From assembly GCA_963793865.1 (NCBI GenBank), contig CAWCBP010000011.1:117652-181651 (forward strand): a stretch of DNA of 64,000 nucleotides. The letters are read 5' to 3'. The notes below the pieces were generated by a model. It ran no database searches. It saw only the letters and a list, made by a program, of their open reading frames with translations, and was not told the DNA's origin. The DNA is from an uncultured delta proteobacterium. Its GTDB lineage: Bacteria; Desulfobacterota; WTBG01. The position numbers and the translations under genes were made by a program. Shown here in pieces: positions 61,256-64,000 of the stretch; the stretch's first letter is position 1; each line of letters opens with the position of its first letter.

Positions 61256-63723
61256 ATGGGCATGAGATACAAAAATTTTTTTCTTACTTTTATGACGATC
61301 TGTTTATTTGCAGGTAATGCCATAGCGCAGCCGCCGGTTGAGGATCGGGTTGCTGTGCTCATTACCGGCTGGTGCATGCCCGCTGGCTACAATTTTGACT
61401 ATGCCTGGACAACCAGCGATTACCCTCGTATCGGAGATAAAACTGAGGTTGAGGGTCAGTCGTGCAAAATAGGCCACCTGGGAGATTTTCCTTACCAGTC
61501 GCACATCAGCATGATTCCCTGGGCAATTACCTTTCTTACGCCGGGCTATGAGGACTTTTTTGATTATCATGGTATTTACACTTATAATGAGACGCTTGAT
61601 GTGTATGAACATCCCAACCCTGACGTTCCTGATGTTAATGCAGCGGACATACCTGCCGGAACTCCAATAACACCCTTGGTGAAGTGCTGCGAGAGGGGTA
61701 CCGGAGTATCCGCCGGATCCAAGAACCGGTGAAGACCTTCTGGCAGGATGGTACCGGATCGGCAGTTTTCAGGTTCCATATCGAAACGGCGTGCATGATC
61801 TGGTTGAAGCCGGCCCTGCACTCTATGTTCGCTACTACGGGATTATGGGCGTGCCCGAAGGAACAACTGATCCCAGCGAACCGCCTCCTGCAATCAAGGC
61901 ACAGGATGAACATCTTGATTTGCTTATGACCAATGCTTTCGGGGATAACATTGACCTGCGTTACGGGTGTTATACGGCCATGCCGGGATACACAAAACTT
62001 CATGATGAGGTAGCGGAGGAGTTTGCAACAGAAGGATACCGGAAGCTGCTCGATTGCCCGCGAGACGACAGACCACAACCGCTACGCCAATGAGTTTTTA
62101 TCGGGGAATTTTGTCAAGGAGCGGCTGTGCGAACTCGGGGTGCTGGACGGTACGGAGATTCACCAGTCCCGCCAGGTGGGAAGGACGCCGGAGTTCAACA
62201 GCATGAATGTAATGAACCTCAAATCCTACATCGAGGCTTACCCGGAGGGAAGCACCATCGGCATCATTTATGTAACCCGGGGGCTTACCTGGTATAAGGA
62301 GGAGACAACCGGTCCCTTCGGTAGTGCCCATCCCTGGAGCAAGGAAGTGTATCATGATAATGCCTATCTCAACTATCTCTCATGGAAAAAGGCCCTGCAG
62401 GCTGCCTACGGTGACCGCTACAATCTTGTATTCACCAGGGATGGGGTGGCAACAGACCTGCGGGAGGAGAATTTCTTCACCTATGGATTGGCAACTGACA
62501 TTGATCTAAAGGGATACGGGGGAGCAACGGTGTTTTACAGTATCCGGGACGCCATCGAACTGGCGATTGCAGATGGTCTTGAGCAGATAATCGTCGCTCC
62601 CTGTCACTGGAATTATGACAGCCTGGATACCATTTTTCGCATGCAGGAGTACAACACGCTTCCGGTAGCGCCCAAGGCCCAGCTTGAAGCTGGAAACTTT
62701 GCCTACACCCACTGTGAGGATGTATCGGGTAATGTGGTGGATTGTGCCTCTGTCAATTCGGTTGTTGAAATCACTGTGGCGCCCTCTTACAGCAATCTGC
62801 CGGAAGAGTTTGCCACGGCTTACTATGTTGTGCTGCGAGGGGCGCTCGAACGGTTTGGTCTCAGCCCGGCGGGGGAAGCGCCTTCTATTGAAGCATCGCA
62901 ACTGGTAACCAAGCTTGCCGGCGGCACGGTTGAAGTGACCGCGTCCGCAAGCCCGATCAAAGGGGCTAAGATTGCCGTACCGGCTGATCCTTATCCCACC
63001 CGGCCGGAAGAGTTTACGCCGGCGACTGCCATACCTGTCAATGATCCGGAAGACACCAATGATTGCATGTGGGAGGACACGCTCATAACCCTTGGGTATC
63101 GATCCACGCCTCCGGCGATGAGCGTTACCCAGCCGGCGGGACCGGCCGTCGCATGCGGGCCCTATCGCACGTTCTTTAACCGGGATGTCACCATCACCAT
63201 TCCCTATGACAGTGAGTCGGCCGGTGTCCAGCCGGTACGCGTGGGCATGTATAATCATGTTACCGAAGACTGGAATACCATTGTGCCCGACAGTGTGGAT
63301 GCGGTGAATAGCACCGTGACTTTCAGCACCCAGGTTCTCGGCCTTTTTCAGGCCTCAGTGGGAGACCGGGATGCTGACGGCGTGGCTGATGCAAGCGATA
63401 ATTGTGTTGTGCAATCTAACCCTGCCCAGCGGGACACCTATCCTCCCGCAGGGAATGGGATAGGGGATATCTGTGATTGCGAGGGGAATTTTGATTGTGA
63501 TAGCGACTGTGACGGGTCCGACGCAGCGATCTTCAAAGTGGATTTTGGTCGCAGCTCCATGAGTGGGCCCTGTAATGCCGGCGATCTATGTAATGGAGAT
63601 TTTTCGTGTAACGGCAATGTGGATGGAACTGACGCGGCACGCTTCAAGTCTGATTTTGGCAGAACCGGACTTACTAACCCCTGTCCTGCGTGTGAAGCCG
63701 GAGTGCCATGGTGTCAGTATTAG
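61256..63723 (+). CDS. Exported ferrochelatase-like (class II chelatase fold) + ZU5-like + dockerin-like protein; frameshifts near 61690 and 62050
   Basis: Signal peptide; VAVLITGW, GIIYVTRGL, DAIELAIADGLEQIIVAPCHWNYDSLDTI; GGTV..GAKIAVP..FNRDVTITIPY; shared C-terminal module. Confidence 0.65.
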
Positions 63724-63750
63724 TGATGATAGGGTAGCCCTGGTTTTTTC

Positions 63751-63789
63751 AATGCCCCTTCAGCAGCGTGCGCTGAGGGGGCATTTTTT
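63751..63789 (+). terminator. Intrinsic terminator (paralogous to 60800)
   Basis: AATGCCCCTTCAGC...GCTGAGGGGGCATTTTTT. Confidence 0.8.
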
Positions 63790-63896
63790 ATGATCATAAC
63801 TAATGCCGGTGGCCGATCCCCCGCGCCCATCTCACGCATGGCTCGTTTTAGGAAACAGACGACACCTTTTTCACTCAGCAACGATTCTGTTGAAAT

Positions 63897-63939
63897 CACT
63901 TTTCCCTTTGACAGCATATAGCGCACATGATATGAGAAA
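63897..63939 (+). promoter_or_regulatory. Second copy of the duplicated sigma-70-like promoter
   Basis: TTGACA-GCATATAGCGCACATGA-TATGAG. Confidence 0.6.
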
Positions 63940-64000
63940 GCCTGTATTTATCAATGAGAAACATCGAAAAAGCCTGCATAGACGGGTATGAGGAAGTTAA

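Larger units (their letters stand above)
49471..63723 (+). repeat. Five dispersed copies of a ~290-300 bp C-terminal module (49471-49758, 57179-57478, 58816-59106, 60469-60765, 63433-63723)
   Basis: DxYPPxGNxxGDxCxCEGNF..DxDxDGxDAxxFKxDFGR..C..CxGxFxCxxxVDGxxAxxFKxDFGR..PCxxC..CxY(P)*. Confidence 0.92.

Overview
A 64 kb window from a GC-rich bacterium, inferred to be an anaerobic Desulfobacterota/deltaproteobacterium (sigma-54 activator, YedF, CooC, corrinoid methyltransferases, Na+-decarboxylase subunits). Many genes carry single-base indels, which look like long-read errors. Layout: (1) 1-8.7 kb: OmpA lipoprotein, FecR/DUF6600 protein, yedF, a DHDPS-family aldolase, and a sigma-54 PAS activator divergent from mmsA. 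(2) 8.8-37.4 kb: about 23 co-oriented minus-strand genes headed by a TetR gene. A palindrome (ATGAGTGCACTCAT) recurs at three promoters in this block. It encodes a DUF1302/DUF1329/RND/YCF48 transport module, a four-component corrinoid methyltransferase, four VAO/GlcD-type flavoproteins, a CCG Fe-S protein and an amidohydrolase. It also encodes divergent homologs of tetrapyrrole enzymes: a membrane-anchored ferredoxin-dependent bilin reductase-like protein, an exported HemG-like flavodoxin, a HemF-like protein and two geranylgeranyl-reductase-family enzymes. I propose, as inference only, an anaerobic tetrapyrrole-type catabolic island. (3) 37.6-47.8 kb: housekeeping genes ending in tRNA-Phe. 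(4) 47.8-64 kb: typA, Na+-decarboxylase gamma/beta/biotin-carrier genes and five exported proteins with four kinds of head (rhodanese x2, CAP, DUF1566, ferrochelatase-like). All five end in the same ~95-99 aa Cys-rich, duplicated dockerin-like module. One rhodanese has an in-frame UGA in a UxxC motif followed by a SECIS-like hairpin, a probable selenoprotein whose N-terminus the ORF track missed. All family assignments come from motif recognition by eye; no database searches were run.
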